NCBI GenBank assembly: GCA_965224245.1
Contig: OZ245046.1
Coordinates: forward strand, 5,920,001-5,984,000
Direction of reading: 5' to 3'
Source of the DNA: Candidatus Eiseniibacteriota bacterium
Lineage (GTDB): Bacteria > Eisenbacteria > RBG-16-71-46 > CAZAMP01
DNA: 64,000 nucleotides
A program made the translations under genes and the position numbers. The number at the start of each line of letters is the position of its first letter. Positions within the stretch are counted from its first letter, which is position 1. This document shows positions 38,152 through 46,990 of this stretch, in pieces. The notes under the pieces are model-generated. The model saw only the letters and a list, made by a program, of their open reading frames with translations, did no database searches and was not told the DNA's origin.

Positions 38152-40941
38152 ATGACAGACATGAAGACAGGTCATCTCGTTGCAACTTTGGGGTTCATCA
38201 CTTCGCTCGGATTCGCCAGGTCTTCCGACGCCGACATCGGGGTGGGCATTGCAGGGTATGAGGTTGACTATGTACGGCTGGACGAGCAGGAGTCCAGCTG
38301 CGTGGCCGGATGCGATCAGTGCGTACCCGAGACGATCTCCTCGTTCTCGGGAGTGACGGCATGTGGGCCAGGCTATCCCTGCGGATTTCTTGGAGATTGC
38401 CGAGCGTGCAATGGCTTATGTAGCAGGTCGTTGTCATTCGAGAAGCGTGACGGTGGCTTGTCTGTGCCCACGTGGGGGATCTTCTTCGTGCACAGCCCCG
38501 ACGACTTCGACGGAAACCTCGAGGCCTGCAGGCAACGCGTGCTCGACGTGTACTGCACCGCTGGGGTAATCCCCATCCACGGTGCATACAAGAAGTTCCT
38601 GGATCTGGAAGTCGACGCAATCCCCGGCGATGGAGCGGAATCGTACGCCGACCTGGGCCGGGATCCCCTCTTCATGGGAGAGGCCGCGACACAGGAACCG
38701 CTCTCGGGCGCTTTCGCAACCGCCATGCAGCAGCGAATGGGGGTCCTTGCAAAGATCGTTCGCGACCTCGGGGTGCCGGCGCGTCGAGCAGATCCCGGGA
38801 CACTGGAGTACTACGAGCGTGCATTGACGATTTGCTGTTGGGCGTGGGTGAACGACTGGAGTCCGTATGGGAGCATTACGCCAACGGACATTGGCTTTGA
38901 GTCTGATCTCCCGTCTCAGGCAGCACGTCGACAGATTCGTGAAATCCTCGTGGCGACGTGCGGCGATCCTCTCTTCGGCGACTGCGACGCGATCCCATCC
39001 GACGACGACCCCGCGGCCAGCGTCGGCGGCTTCGACGTGGCCGACGACGAGACCGCGCGCTTCTCCGTGCTCGACGAGTACGACACCGCCGGCTACGTCC
39101 TCCGCGGCGTCGGCGACGCCGGGGAGACCCTGCACGAGGTCGACGTCCCCGCCGGCGTCGGACGCCGCGTCGTCGATCTCGAGGGACTCGAGGCCCCGAT
39201 CTGGACGCTCCACGAAATCGAAGGGAACGGAGACGAGCGCCTCGTCGACCGCGTGACGCCCCAGCCGCTCGTGTCGCCGCCGCCGGCCGACCCGCTCGAC
39301 GCGACGCGACTGCGGACCCGGGTCGACTCGCTCCTCACGCTGCACCTCCAGACGTGGGGGCACACCGAGCCCAGCCCCGCCGAGCGCGTGGCCGTTTATG
39401 CCCGGCAGTCGCTCACCGCCGATCTCGAGGCGTTCTACGCCGCGTTCTGGGAGTCTCCACCCTGGGGCTACGACGTCGACGTGGTCCCGGTCGAGCCATT
39501 CGGCTCCGTGGTGCCCTTCGAGGATCCGATCGCATTCCGAGAAGCGTTGGGAGACGACATCGCCGCACGCTACGCCGCGGGCACGCGCCACTTCATGCTC
39601 GTCGGCGACGCCAACGATCACGTCGCGTTCGCGCAGTCGGGCGAGCGCCACGACGAGACCTGGGGCGTGGGGGAGTGGCCGTCGATCTGGGCGGGCCAGG
39701 TGGCGGCCGGCGCATCGCCGGACGGTCAGCCCGAGCGCGACGTCATCCCGATGTGGCTCGTGCCCGATACGGCGCCGCGGGGCGAGGGCCTCGCCTGGGT
39801 CAGCCCATACTTCATGAGCGACGCCCCGTATCGCCCGGCCGACGATGCGGTCCTGACGCGTCTGCCGGTCGTCACCAGCGAGGAGCTCCTCGCGTGGCTG
39901 TACAAGGAGCTCGTGGTCGCCGATCGCTTCCTCGCGGTCGGAAACGACTCGCGTCCGAGCCGGGTCACGCTGCTGGTCGGGGACCGCAATCACGGAGACC
40001 CCGACGAGCACGAGTGGGCCCGACAGATCGGTGACGACGTGGAGACGAGTCTCGCCGCAGAGGAGGTCGTGCGGCTGAACGAACGCGACTTCCCGGCCAC
40101 GTGCGATCGGACGACCGCGCTCCTGACCGACTGGAACTACGCTCGGCCCGAGCTCGTCGTGATCCCGGCCGCGACTCTGAGCAACCGGTACTTCCCGGGC
40201 AACTTCATGAGCACGCTCGACGAGACGTGCCCGTTCGGCGTCTCGCTGCTGGAGCCGTACGTGCTGCCGCCGCTCTTCCTCCAGACCTGCGACGTCGGCG
40301 ACCTCGCACGCACCGAGCAGACGCTGGAGGGCACGCCCGGCGGCACGATCCTCTCCCCGGTGACCGAGCAGATGCTGCTCGCCGATCCCGAGCGGGGCAC
40401 CGTGTTCGCATGGGGGCCCACGGCCGGCACGGTGCAGAGCCAGACCGAGATCCTGGCGCCGCTCGTGGTCGGCGAGCTCTTTGCCGGCGATCGATCCCGG
40501 ACGATCGCCGAGGTGGGGACCGCCGCCCTCGCCGGGTACACGGCCGAGCACGGCGCCGATCCGCTCACCGCTCGCGTGGCCTCGTCCATCGTGATGCTCG
40601 GGAGCCCGCTCACCCACTTCGCGTTCGACGAGGCGCTGACCGCGGGCACGCCGGACGGCGGCGTCGGGCCGCGCCGCATGCGGGTCGCGCCGAATCCGTT
40701 CAATCCCCGGGTACGCATTCGCGTGCACGTTCCCGCCGACGGTCGCGGCCGGCTGACCCTCTTCGACGCCGCCGGTCGCGAGGTCCGCTCGTTCGTCGCC
40801 GACGGCGCTCACCCGGGATCCAATCAGTTCGTGTGGGACGGGCTGGATCACGCGGGGCGCCGCGTGCCGTCCGGACGCTATTTCGCCCGATGGAAGACCA
40901 CCTCGGGATCGGAGACCGAGACGATCGTTCTGATCAGATGA
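38152..40941 (+). CDS. Secreted multidomain protein: Cys-rich N-terminus, gingipain (C25)-like domain, FlgD/T9SS-like CTD
   Basis: MLVGD, SDAPY, RLPV, QTCDVG, MLGSP resemble C25 motifs; C-terminal PNPFNP...FDAAGREV...WDGLD..G..VPSGRYF. Confidence 0.65.
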   Translation: MTDMKTGHLVATLGFITSLGFARSSDADIGVGIAGYEVDYVRLDEQESSCVAGCDQCVPETISSFSGVTACGPGYPCGFLGDCRACNGLCSRSLSFEKRDGGLSVPTWGIFFVHSPDDFDGNLEACRQRVLDVYCTAGVIPIHGAYKKFLDLEVDAIPGDGAESYADLGRDPLFMGEAATQEPLSGAFATAMQQRMGVLAKIVRDLGVPARRADPGTLEYYERALTICCWAWVNDWSPYGSITPTDIGFESDLPSQAARRQIREILVATCGDPLFGDCDAIPSDDDPAASVGGFDVADDETARFSVLDEYDTAGYVLRGVGDAGETLHEVDVPAGVGRRVVDLEGLEAPIWTLHEIEGNGDERLVDRVTPQPLVSPPPADPLDATRLRTRVDSLLTLHLQTWGHTEPSPAERVAVYARQSLTADLEAFYAAFWESPPWGYDVDVVPVEPFGSVVPFEDPIAFREALGDDIAARYAAGTRHFMLVGDANDHVAFAQSGERHDETWGVGEWPSIWAGQVAAGASPDGQPERDVIPMWLVPDTAPRGEGLAWVSPYFMSDAPYRPADDAVLTRLPVVTSEELLAWLYKELVVADRFLAVGNDSRPSRVTLLVGDRNHGDPDEHEWARQIGDDVETSLAAEEVVRLNERDFPATCDRTTALLTDWNYARPELVVIPAATLSNRYFPGNFMSTLDETCPFGVSLLEPYVLPPLFLQTCDVGDLARTEQTLEGTPGGTILSPVTEQMLLADPERGTVFAWGPTAGTVQSQTEILAPLVVGELFAGDRSRTIAEVGTAALAGYTAEHGADPLTARVASSIVMLGSPLTHFAFDEALTAGTPDGGVGPRRMRVAPNPFNPRVRIRVHVPADGRGRLTLFDAAGREVRSFVADGAHPGSNQFVWDGLDHAGRRVPSGRYFARWKTTSGSETETIVLIR

Positions 40942-41279
40942 AGGAGACGACCATGACGGGAACGATGACGGAAACGACGATGGCGGGTACGTCGATGACG
41001 AAGGCGAGAACGGCGAAGGCCACGATGACGAAGGCGATGACGAGAGCGACGATGCGATGGGTGTCGTGTCTCGTGGTGCTGCTCGTGCTCGGCGCGTGCG
41101 ACTCGAGCCCGACCGAGCCGGCGCTTCGGTTCGAGCGCTGGGACCCGGACAACGAGCACCACGTCGAGGCCAAGCCGGACCGTCCGATCCGCGTGTGCAC
41201 GCAGGCCCAGATTCGCGAGTGCTACGCCGGCGGGACGAACGAGTGCTGCCCGGAAGAGGAGCCACCGAAGGACCGCTGA
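40938..41279 (+). CDS. Small Cys-containing lipoprotein with repetitive Met/Thr N-terminal extension
   Basis: ATGA overlap with the upstream gene; lipobox LGAC; C-terminal C-x8-C-x7-CC. The true start could be any in-frame ATG up to 41052. Confidence 0.6.
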   Translation: MKETTMTGTMTETTMAGTSMTKARTAKATMTKAMTRATMRWVSCLVVLLVLGACDSSPTEPALRFERWDPDNEHHVEAKPDRPIRVCTQAQIRECYAGGTNECCPEEEPPKDR

Positions 41280-41321
41280 CGGGTCTCCCGCTCGGGCACG
41301 CGCCGCCCGACGGGGGCCGCG

Positions 41322-42530
41322 CTAGCGTCCCTGTCTGTCTCGCAGGAGAACGTCCGGCCCCCGGAAGTTCGCCAGGTAGACGACTCTCTGATCCCCCAGC
41401 GTCAGGACCTCGACGTCGATGACGTCCACCGCGAGATCGGCCGGCACGAACCCCGAGCTCCGATCCTCCAGCCGTCCCGATCCGTCGTTCACGAGCACGC
41501 GGACCGGGCCGCCGAACGCGTTCCCGATCACGAGGTCGAGGTCCCCGTCCCGGTCCAGGTCGGCGAAGTCACCGTCCACCGAGTGCTCCTCGAGCACGGG
41601 GAGGTGCGTGGCCGAGACGTCCGTGAACACGCCCGACCCGTCGTTCAGGAGCAGCCGGTTCGCGTTCTCGGAGCCGCCCTGGAAGTCGACGTTCGCGAAG
41701 AAGAGGTCGAGATCGCCGTCGCCGTCGACGTCGCCGAGGTCCGCCTCGCGGGTCTCCTCGCGCACCCCGGATGGAACGGGGAGGCGCGCGGACGACTCGT
41801 CCGTGAAGTGCCCCCCGCCGCGATCGATCAGGATCCGGTTGTCGTCCTCGTTCGCGACCACGAGGTCCAGATCCCCGTCCGCGTCGAGATCACCGAGCTC
41901 CAGATCCTGCGTGACGTCGATGCGGTGGGGGAGGCGGTCGGCCGTCTCGTCCGCGAAGCGGCCGGTGCCGTCGTTGACGAGGAGCACGTTCTGGCCGGCG
42001 TTCCCGAGGATCAGGTCCAGGTCGCCGTCGGCGTCGAGGTCGGCGGCGACGACGGCGTTGGTGGTCCCCGCCGCCGGGAGCCGGTCGCTCGCGTTCTCGA
42101 AGTGCGCCGTGCCGTCGTTCAGGTAGTACTCGTTCCGCTGGTTGTCCTCGGTGACGAACACGACGTCGACGTCTCCGTCGCCGTCGAAGTCCGCGAGCGC
42201 GATGTCCTCCGAGTCGAGGTTCTCGTCGGGCAGACGATCGCTGGCATCCACGAAGCGGCCGGTGCCGTCGTTCAACATGAGAATGTTGGGTGCCCATTCG
42301 TTGGCGCCCACGAGATCCAGATCGCCGTCCGCGTCGAGATCGGCGGCCTCGACGTCCATGGTCCGGCCGCCCAGGGCGGTGAGGGGGAGTCGGTCGGCGG
42401 ACACGTCGGTCCACGCCGTCGCCGCCTCGTGCTCGTGGGTCGGCGCCGGCGCTCCGTCGGTCTCGCTCGCCTCGGCTCCGGCGCCGGTGCTGACGAGCAC
42501 CAGCACCGCGACGAGATCATGAACGCGCAT
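41322..42530 (-). CDS. Secreted FG-GAP/VCBS repeat protein
   Basis: Six DxDxDGDxD Ca-binding blades with N.G.G.F.D; GAGGAGG RBS; signal peptide. Confidence 0.9.
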   Translation of the reverse strand: MRVHDLVAVLVLVSTGAGAEASETDGAPAPTHEHEAATAWTDVSADRLPLTALGGRTMDVEAADLDADGDLDLVGANEWAPNILMLNDGTGRFVDASDRLPDENLDSEDIALADFDGDGDVDVVFVTEDNQRNEYYLNDGTAHFENASDRLPAAGTTNAVVAADLDADGDLDLILGNAGQNVLLVNDGTGRFADETADRLPHRIDVTQDLELGDLDADGDLDLVVANEDDNRILIDRGGGHFTDESSARLPVPSGVREETREADLGDVDGDGDLDLFFANVDFQGGSENANRLLLNDGSGVFTDVSATHLPVLEEHSVDGDFADLDRDGDLDLVIGNAFGGPVRVLVNDGSGRLEDRSSGFVPADLAVDVIDVEVLTLGDQRVVYLANFRGPDVLLRDRQGR

Positions 42531-43830
42531 CCGCACCTCCTCGCGTGATCGCCTCGGCCATCGCTTCGACCATGATCCGGTTTCCCTCCCCGTTGAAGTG
42601 ACAGCAGGTGTCCACGTACAGCGTCGCGTTCGACCCCGAGAACACGCCGCTGAGGTCGTGGAACTCGACGCCCTCGGCCATCAGGCGTTGCCCCGCCTCC
42701 CGGAGGAGCGGATACCCGGCCTCGACCGCCGGCTTGTAGGGGCTCTCGACGTCGAACGCGAGCGCCTCCTCGTCGGACGACAGGGGCTTCGAGCCCGGGT
42801 CGTACTGGTTCGGCTGAAGCACGTGGACGTACCGGATGCCGTGTGCCTCGCAGATTGCATGCAGCTGCATCGAGCATCGCTCCCAGACCGCCACGCACTC
42901 GGGCACGAGCTCCTCGGCCGGCAGGTGCATCCGCGCGGACGAGCGGATGAACCACGGGACCTCGTCTCCGGAGAGATCCTGCAGCGCCCAGGCGTACTCG
43001 GAGATCCGGCGCTCGAGCTCCCGGTCGTCGGCTCGCCGGATCAGCTTCGCGATCGGGGAGAACGACCAGAAGGACCGGTGAAACCGCTCGAGCCTCACCG
43101 CGCGCTCGTCCTTCAGATACGCGATCGCGCCGAGCGCGTTGCGCACACGCGCATCGGGAACGTCCAGCGCGACCATGCTCCAGTTCATCGGGAAGAGCGG
43201 GTGAAGGCCCTGGGGGGCGTTCAGCACCGCCGGCACCGCCACCTCGTTGAAGCCGTCGAGGTTGATCACCAGGTCGAACTCGCCGCCCTGAGCCAGCACG
43301 TACGCCAGCTGAATGACCTGCTGCGGCTGGTGATAGCCGGGCATCCCCAGCCACACGAAGTCCAGCTCCAGATCCTCGAAGCCGGGCTGCCGCCCGAGCG
43401 CATCGGCCAGGAGCCGGGTGTGCCACGTCCCGAGCTGCCCGGCCACGGAGCCTCCGGTGACCCCGACCACGAGCCGTCCCTCGGCGCGCTCTCGCAGCGC
43501 GGGCTTCGCGTCGAGGAAGCCGTCCTCGCTGACCGGGATCGCCGCCGGCCCCGGCGTCTCCCGCTCCTCGTTCGGCCAGAAGACGTAGCCGAGATAGGGA
43601 TGGAGCGCCATCGACGGGTCCCGGAAGCCGAGCCCCGCCCGCTCGCGTCCCGGCTTCATGTCGGGGGTGCCGAGCGAGTCGGTGAGACTGTCGGCCGGTG
43701 CGGGCGTCTCGTCGGTGGACCGCGAGGGGAGCGGCACCTCCGGCCGGTAGAGGAGCTGGACGCTCGTTTCGAGAAGGACGTACGCGGCGAGCAGCACCGC
43801 GATCGCCAGGCCGATCCCCTTCGTGGACAT
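42517..43830 (-). CDS. Membrane-anchored SGNH/GDSL hydrolase-like protein
   Basis: GGSVA (block I), LDGFNE (block III), DTCCH (block V); N-terminal TM segment; GGAGG RBS. Confidence 0.65.
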   Translation of the reverse strand: MSTKGIGLAIAVLLAAYVLLETSVQLLYRPEVPLPSRSTDETPAPADSLTDSLGTPDMKPGRERAGLGFRDPSMALHPYLGYVFWPNEERETPGPAAIPVSEDGFLDAKPALRERAEGRLVVGVTGGSVAGQLGTWHTRLLADALGRQPGFEDLELDFVWLGMPGYHQPQQVIQLAYVLAQGGEFDLVINLDGFNEVAVPAVLNAPQGLHPLFPMNWSMVALDVPDARVRNALGAIAYLKDERAVRLERFHRSFWSFSPIAKLIRRADDRELERRISEYAWALQDLSGDEVPWFIRSSARMHLPAEELVPECVAVWERCSMQLHAICEAHGIRYVHVLQPNQYDPGSKPLSSDEEALAFDVESPYKPAVEAGYPLLREAGQRLMAEGVEFHDLSGVFSGSNATLYVDTCCHFNGEGNRIMVEAMAEAITRGGADARS

Positions 43831-43918
43831 CACCCGTGCCTCCGTGTTCTCGGGGTCGTGGGACTGTGTGGCCACGGCGATGTCGCGAGGATCGGTCGGA
43901 CTTCGTCGCGGCTGATTG

Positions 43919-43963
43919 TGACCATGGTCATTTATTGACTACGGTCATAGTAGACGGTAGGGT
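43919..43963. promoter_or_regulatory. Tandem TetR-type operators overlapping a sigma70 promoter
   Basis: TGACCATGGTCA (43919-43930, perfect palindrome) and TGACTACGGTCA (43936-43947); TTGACT-N17-TAGGGT pointing towards tetR. Confidence 0.75.
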
Positions 43964-44081
43964 TTCACGCATCAACCGGGCCCGCGGGGGATCGCCCCCG
44001 GGCCGAGCACCCCGGGATCCTCGTCGTGGCCGGGCGGAGGGCCGCCGTCCGGTCGGCCGGACACGAAGGGAGGACTCCGAC

Positions 44082-44744
44082 ATGGCGCCGAACGATCCCG
44101 ACCGCTCCGACCGCTCCGACCGCCCCGACACGGCGCCCGACGCCCCGGGCGCCCGGCGCCGCCGGCGACGAGCGAAGCTCAAGGCCGAGATCTTCGAGGC
44201 GGCCATGACCCTCTTCGCCGAGAAGGGCTACGACCACGTCACCGTGGACGAGATCGCGGCGGCCGCCGAGATCGCCAAGGGGACGTTCTTCAACTACTTC
44301 CCGACCAAGGAGCACGTGCTCGTGGAGTACCGCCACGCGCTCCTGGACGACGCTCACGCCTACGGCGCGTCCCTCGACGGCGACTCCGCGCGTGAGCTCG
44401 TGAAGGCGTTCCATCGCCGGCTCGCGCGCAACGTGTGCGCGGAGGGCTCGCGCTACGACATGGTCCTCAGGGAGGTCGTGGCCCGGCCGCATCTGATCGC
44501 GCACGACCGGGAGTACCAGGGGCGGTATCGACCCTACTTCGAGCGCTTCATCGCGATCGGAAAGCGATCCGGCGAGATCCCGGCGGACTGCGACCCGGGG
44601 CTGTTGATGGAGACGCTGCGCGACCTCTGGACCGGCACCAGCATCACGTGGATGCTGGAGGCGCCCGACGAGCCGCTGGAGACGCTCGTCGACCGCAAGA
44701 TCGACTTCGTCTTCGACCTTCTCGACACCCGCGCGCGGAAATGA
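44082..44744 (+). CDS. TetR/AcrR family transcriptional regulator
   Basis: LFAEKGY..VTVDEIAAAAEIAKGTFFNYFPTKE HTH; GGGAGG RBS before ATG 44082. Confidence 0.95.
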   Translation: MAPNDPDRSDRSDRPDTAPDAPGARRRRRRAKLKAEIFEAAMTLFAEKGYDHVTVDEIAAAAEIAKGTFFNYFPTKEHVLVEYRHALLDDAHAYGASLDGDSARELVKAFHRRLARNVCAEGSRYDMVLREVVARPHLIAHDREYQGRYRPYFERFIAIGKRSGEIPADCDPGLLMETLRDLWTGTSITWMLEAPDEPLETLVDRKIDFVFDLLDTRARK

Positions 44745-44828
44745 CCGATCCTGCCGCCGGCGCGCGCGATCGACGCGGCCGGATTCCGCACCGTGATAGA
44801 GTGACCGCGCGGTCCACGATCGTCGACC

Positions 44829-45824
44829 GTGGCCCCTCGGTCCTCGAGGAGACGCAGCGGATGGAGGTGCGCGCTGACGCACGCTCGCAGAATCTCGACC
44901 CGCGCCACGCGGGTGGTCGTCGTCGCCATCGGGCTCGTGGGTCTGGTCGTGGCATCGCCCTCGTCGCCGGTGCGGCATCCGCCCGCCGGGCGCATCGTGG
45001 CCATCGGCGACCTCCACGGCGACCTGGACGCGACGTTCCGCGCGCTGAGGCTGGCCGGCGCCATCGACGATCACTGGCGCTGGATCGGCGGGGAGCTGGT
45101 CGTGGTTCAGACCGGCGACCAGCTCGACCGCGGAGGCCAGGAGCAGGAGATCCTGGACCGGCTCGACACGCTGGCCAGCGATGCCCGCGCGCACGGTGGC
45201 GCGGTGCACGTGCTCAACGGCAACCACGAGCTCATGAACGTCGCGCTCGATCTACGCTACGTGACCCCCGAGGGCTTCGCCGACTTCGAGGACGCCGTAT
45301 CGGTGGGCGACGCGGACTCGACCCTCGCGGCGTTCGAGCCCGACCAGCGGGCGCGGGTGGTGGCGTTCCGGCCCGGCGGGCCCTACGCCCGGCACCTGGC
45401 GAACCAGCCGATCGCGATCATCGTCGGGCGAAGCCTCTTCGTGCACGGGGGCATCGATGCCGAGAACGTGGCCCACGGCCTGGATCGCATCAACGCCGAG
45501 TCTCGGCGGTGGCTCCTCGGCGAGGGACCGAAGCCGGAGTGGGTGAACGGTGAGCACAGCCCGGTCTGGTCGCGCCGCTTCTCGGACGAGGTCGACGACG
45601 AGGACTGCGATCGGCTCGCCGACGTCCTCGAGCTCCTCGACGTCGATCGGATGATCGTGGGGCACACGGTGCAGGAGGAGGGCATCAACTCCTTCTGTGG
45701 CCGGCGTGTCTGGTGTATCGACGTGGGGCTCGCCGCGGCATACGGCGGGCGCCTCCAGATTCTCGAGATCGTGGGGGACGAGGTGCGGGTGATCGAGGCC
45801 GCCGAGAACGAGTCCGGACACTAG
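44829..45824 (+). CDS. Shewanella-like (Shelph) PPP-family metallophosphoesterase, exported
   Basis: GDLHGD, GDQLDRG, GNHE, HGG, GHT, IDVG motifs. Start uncertain; possibly CTG 44874. Confidence 0.88.
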   Translation: MAPRSSRRRSGWRCALTHARRISTRATRVVVVAIGLVGLVVASPSSPVRHPPAGRIVAIGDLHGDLDATFRALRLAGAIDDHWRWIGGELVVVQTGDQLDRGGQEQEILDRLDTLASDARAHGGAVHVLNGNHELMNVALDLRYVTPEGFADFEDAVSVGDADSTLAAFEPDQRARVVAFRPGGPYARHLANQPIAIIVGRSLFVHGGIDAENVAHGLDRINAESRRWLLGEGPKPEWVNGEHSPVWSRRFSDEVDDEDCDRLADVLELLDVDRMIVGHTVQEEGINSFCGRRVWCIDVGLAAAYGGRLQILEIVGDEVRVIEAAENESGH

Positions 45825-45923
45825 CCGAGCGCTCGCCCGTCCCCGGCACGACCTCGCGCGGACGACGGGCACGCTCTGCGTTCGCGCGCCCCGGTTCGTG
45901 CGGGGCGGAAGGGAGCGAATCAC

Positions 45924-46097
45924 ATGCAGACGTCGACGTTTCTCGTGCTCTGGGGGAGCCCGGTGGGGCTCGCGCTGTTCTTCGCCGGCCTCGGCGTGCT
46001 CCTGTGGGGCGTGAGCAAGCTGAAGCAGAGTGAGATCGCCGAGGCGCGCATGAAGCACGAGCAGCACGCGACCGGCTCGGGCGGCTCCGGAGCCTGA
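45924..46097 (+). CDS. 57-aa single-pass membrane protein
   Basis: AAGGGAG RBS; MQTSTFLVLWGSPVGLALFFAGLGVLLWGVSKLKQ...GSGA*; fills the gap between two same-strand genes. Below the ORF-track cutoff. Confidence 0.6.
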   Translation: MQTSTFLVLWGSPVGLALFFAGLGVLLWGVSKLKQSEIAEARMKHEQHATGSGGSGA

Positions 46098-46105
46098 GGC
46101 GACCG

Positions 46106-46975
46106 GTGGTCAGCATCGACGCACCGCTCGTCCGTCGACTGGTGGCGTCGCAGTTTCCCCGGTGGGCCGATCTGCCGGTCACGCCCGTCGAGCCCGGCGG
46201 CTGGGACAACCGGACGTTCCGGCTCGGCCGGGAAATGTCGGTGCGGCTGCCGAGCGCCGAGCGCTACGCGGCACAGGTGGCGACGGAGCATCAGTGGCTC
46301 CCGCGTCTGGCGCCCTCGCTGCCGCTCCCGATCCCGGTTCCGATCGCGCACGGGACGCCGGCGGAAGGCTACCCGTGGAGCTGGTCGGTGTACCGCTGGC
46401 TCGACGGCCGGAGCGCGGCGATCGCCCCCGTCGGCGATCTCACCCGGCTCGCGAGGGCGCTCGCCCGGTTCCTGACCGCGCTTCGGCGAATCGACGCCAC
46501 CGGCGGCCCGCGTCCGGGACCCCGCAACTTCCACCGTGGCGGGTCCCTGTCCACCTACGACGCCGAGGCCCGGGGCGCGATGCGCGCGCTCGGCGGATCC
46601 CTCGACACGACCCGCGCGCGACGGATCTGGGACGTCTCGCTCGACTCGTCTTGGAGCGAGCCTCCGGTCTGGGTTCACGGTGACGTGAGCCCCGGAAACC
46701 TGCTCGTGCGAGGAGGGCGACTGAGCGCGGTCATCGACTTCGGGTGTCTGGGCGTGGGTGATCCCGCGTGCGATCTCGCGATCGCGTGGACGTTCCTGAC
46801 CCCCGAGAGCCGGCGCGCGTTCCGGGCCGCGCTGGCGGTGGACGATGCCACGTGGCGTCGCGGGCGGGGGTGGGCGCTGTGGAAGGCAATGATCACGCTG
46901 GCCGACCCGTCGAGCTCCCGCACCGGCGCCGAGCAGGCCCGGCACACGATCACGGCCGTGCTGGCCGCGAGCTAG
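46106..46975 (+). CDS. Aminoglycoside phosphotransferase (APH)/kinase-like family protein
   Basis: GWDNRTFRLG, WVHGD..PGN, VIDFG, GDPACD. Confidence 0.9.
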   Translation: MVSIDAPLVRRLVASQFPRWADLPVTPVEPGGWDNRTFRLGREMSVRLPSAERYAAQVATEHQWLPRLAPSLPLPIPVPIAHGTPAEGYPWSWSVYRWLDGRSAAIAPVGDLTRLARALARFLTALRRIDATGGPRPGPRNFHRGGSLSTYDAEARGAMRALGGSLDTTRARRIWDVSLDSSWSEPPVWVHGDVSPGNLLVRGGRLSAVIDFGCLGVGDPACDLAIAWTFLTPESRRAFRAALAVDDATWRRGRGWALWKAMITLADPSSSRTGAEQARHTITAVLAAS

Positions 46976-46990
46976 GATCGGGGAGCTCGG

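Noticed and set aside
35900-39000. Prophage, integron or IS origin for the low-GC block
   Set aside because: No integrase, transposase, attC-like sites or flanking direct repeats were seen.
40934-41200. Minus-strand ORF with a very hydrophobic tail, resembling a type I toxin or membrane peptide
   Set aside because: The hydrophobicity is the reverse complement of the ACG/ATG repeat array; the plus-strand lipoprotein explains the region.
41400-42400. Recurring DNA repeats that could suggest an array
   Set aside because: They are coding FG-GAP repeats, not CRISPR: no identical direct repeats with unique spacers and no cas genes.
46106-46975. Aminoglycoside resistance gene
   Set aside because: Only a family-level APH/kinase fold is evident; the substrate cannot be inferred.
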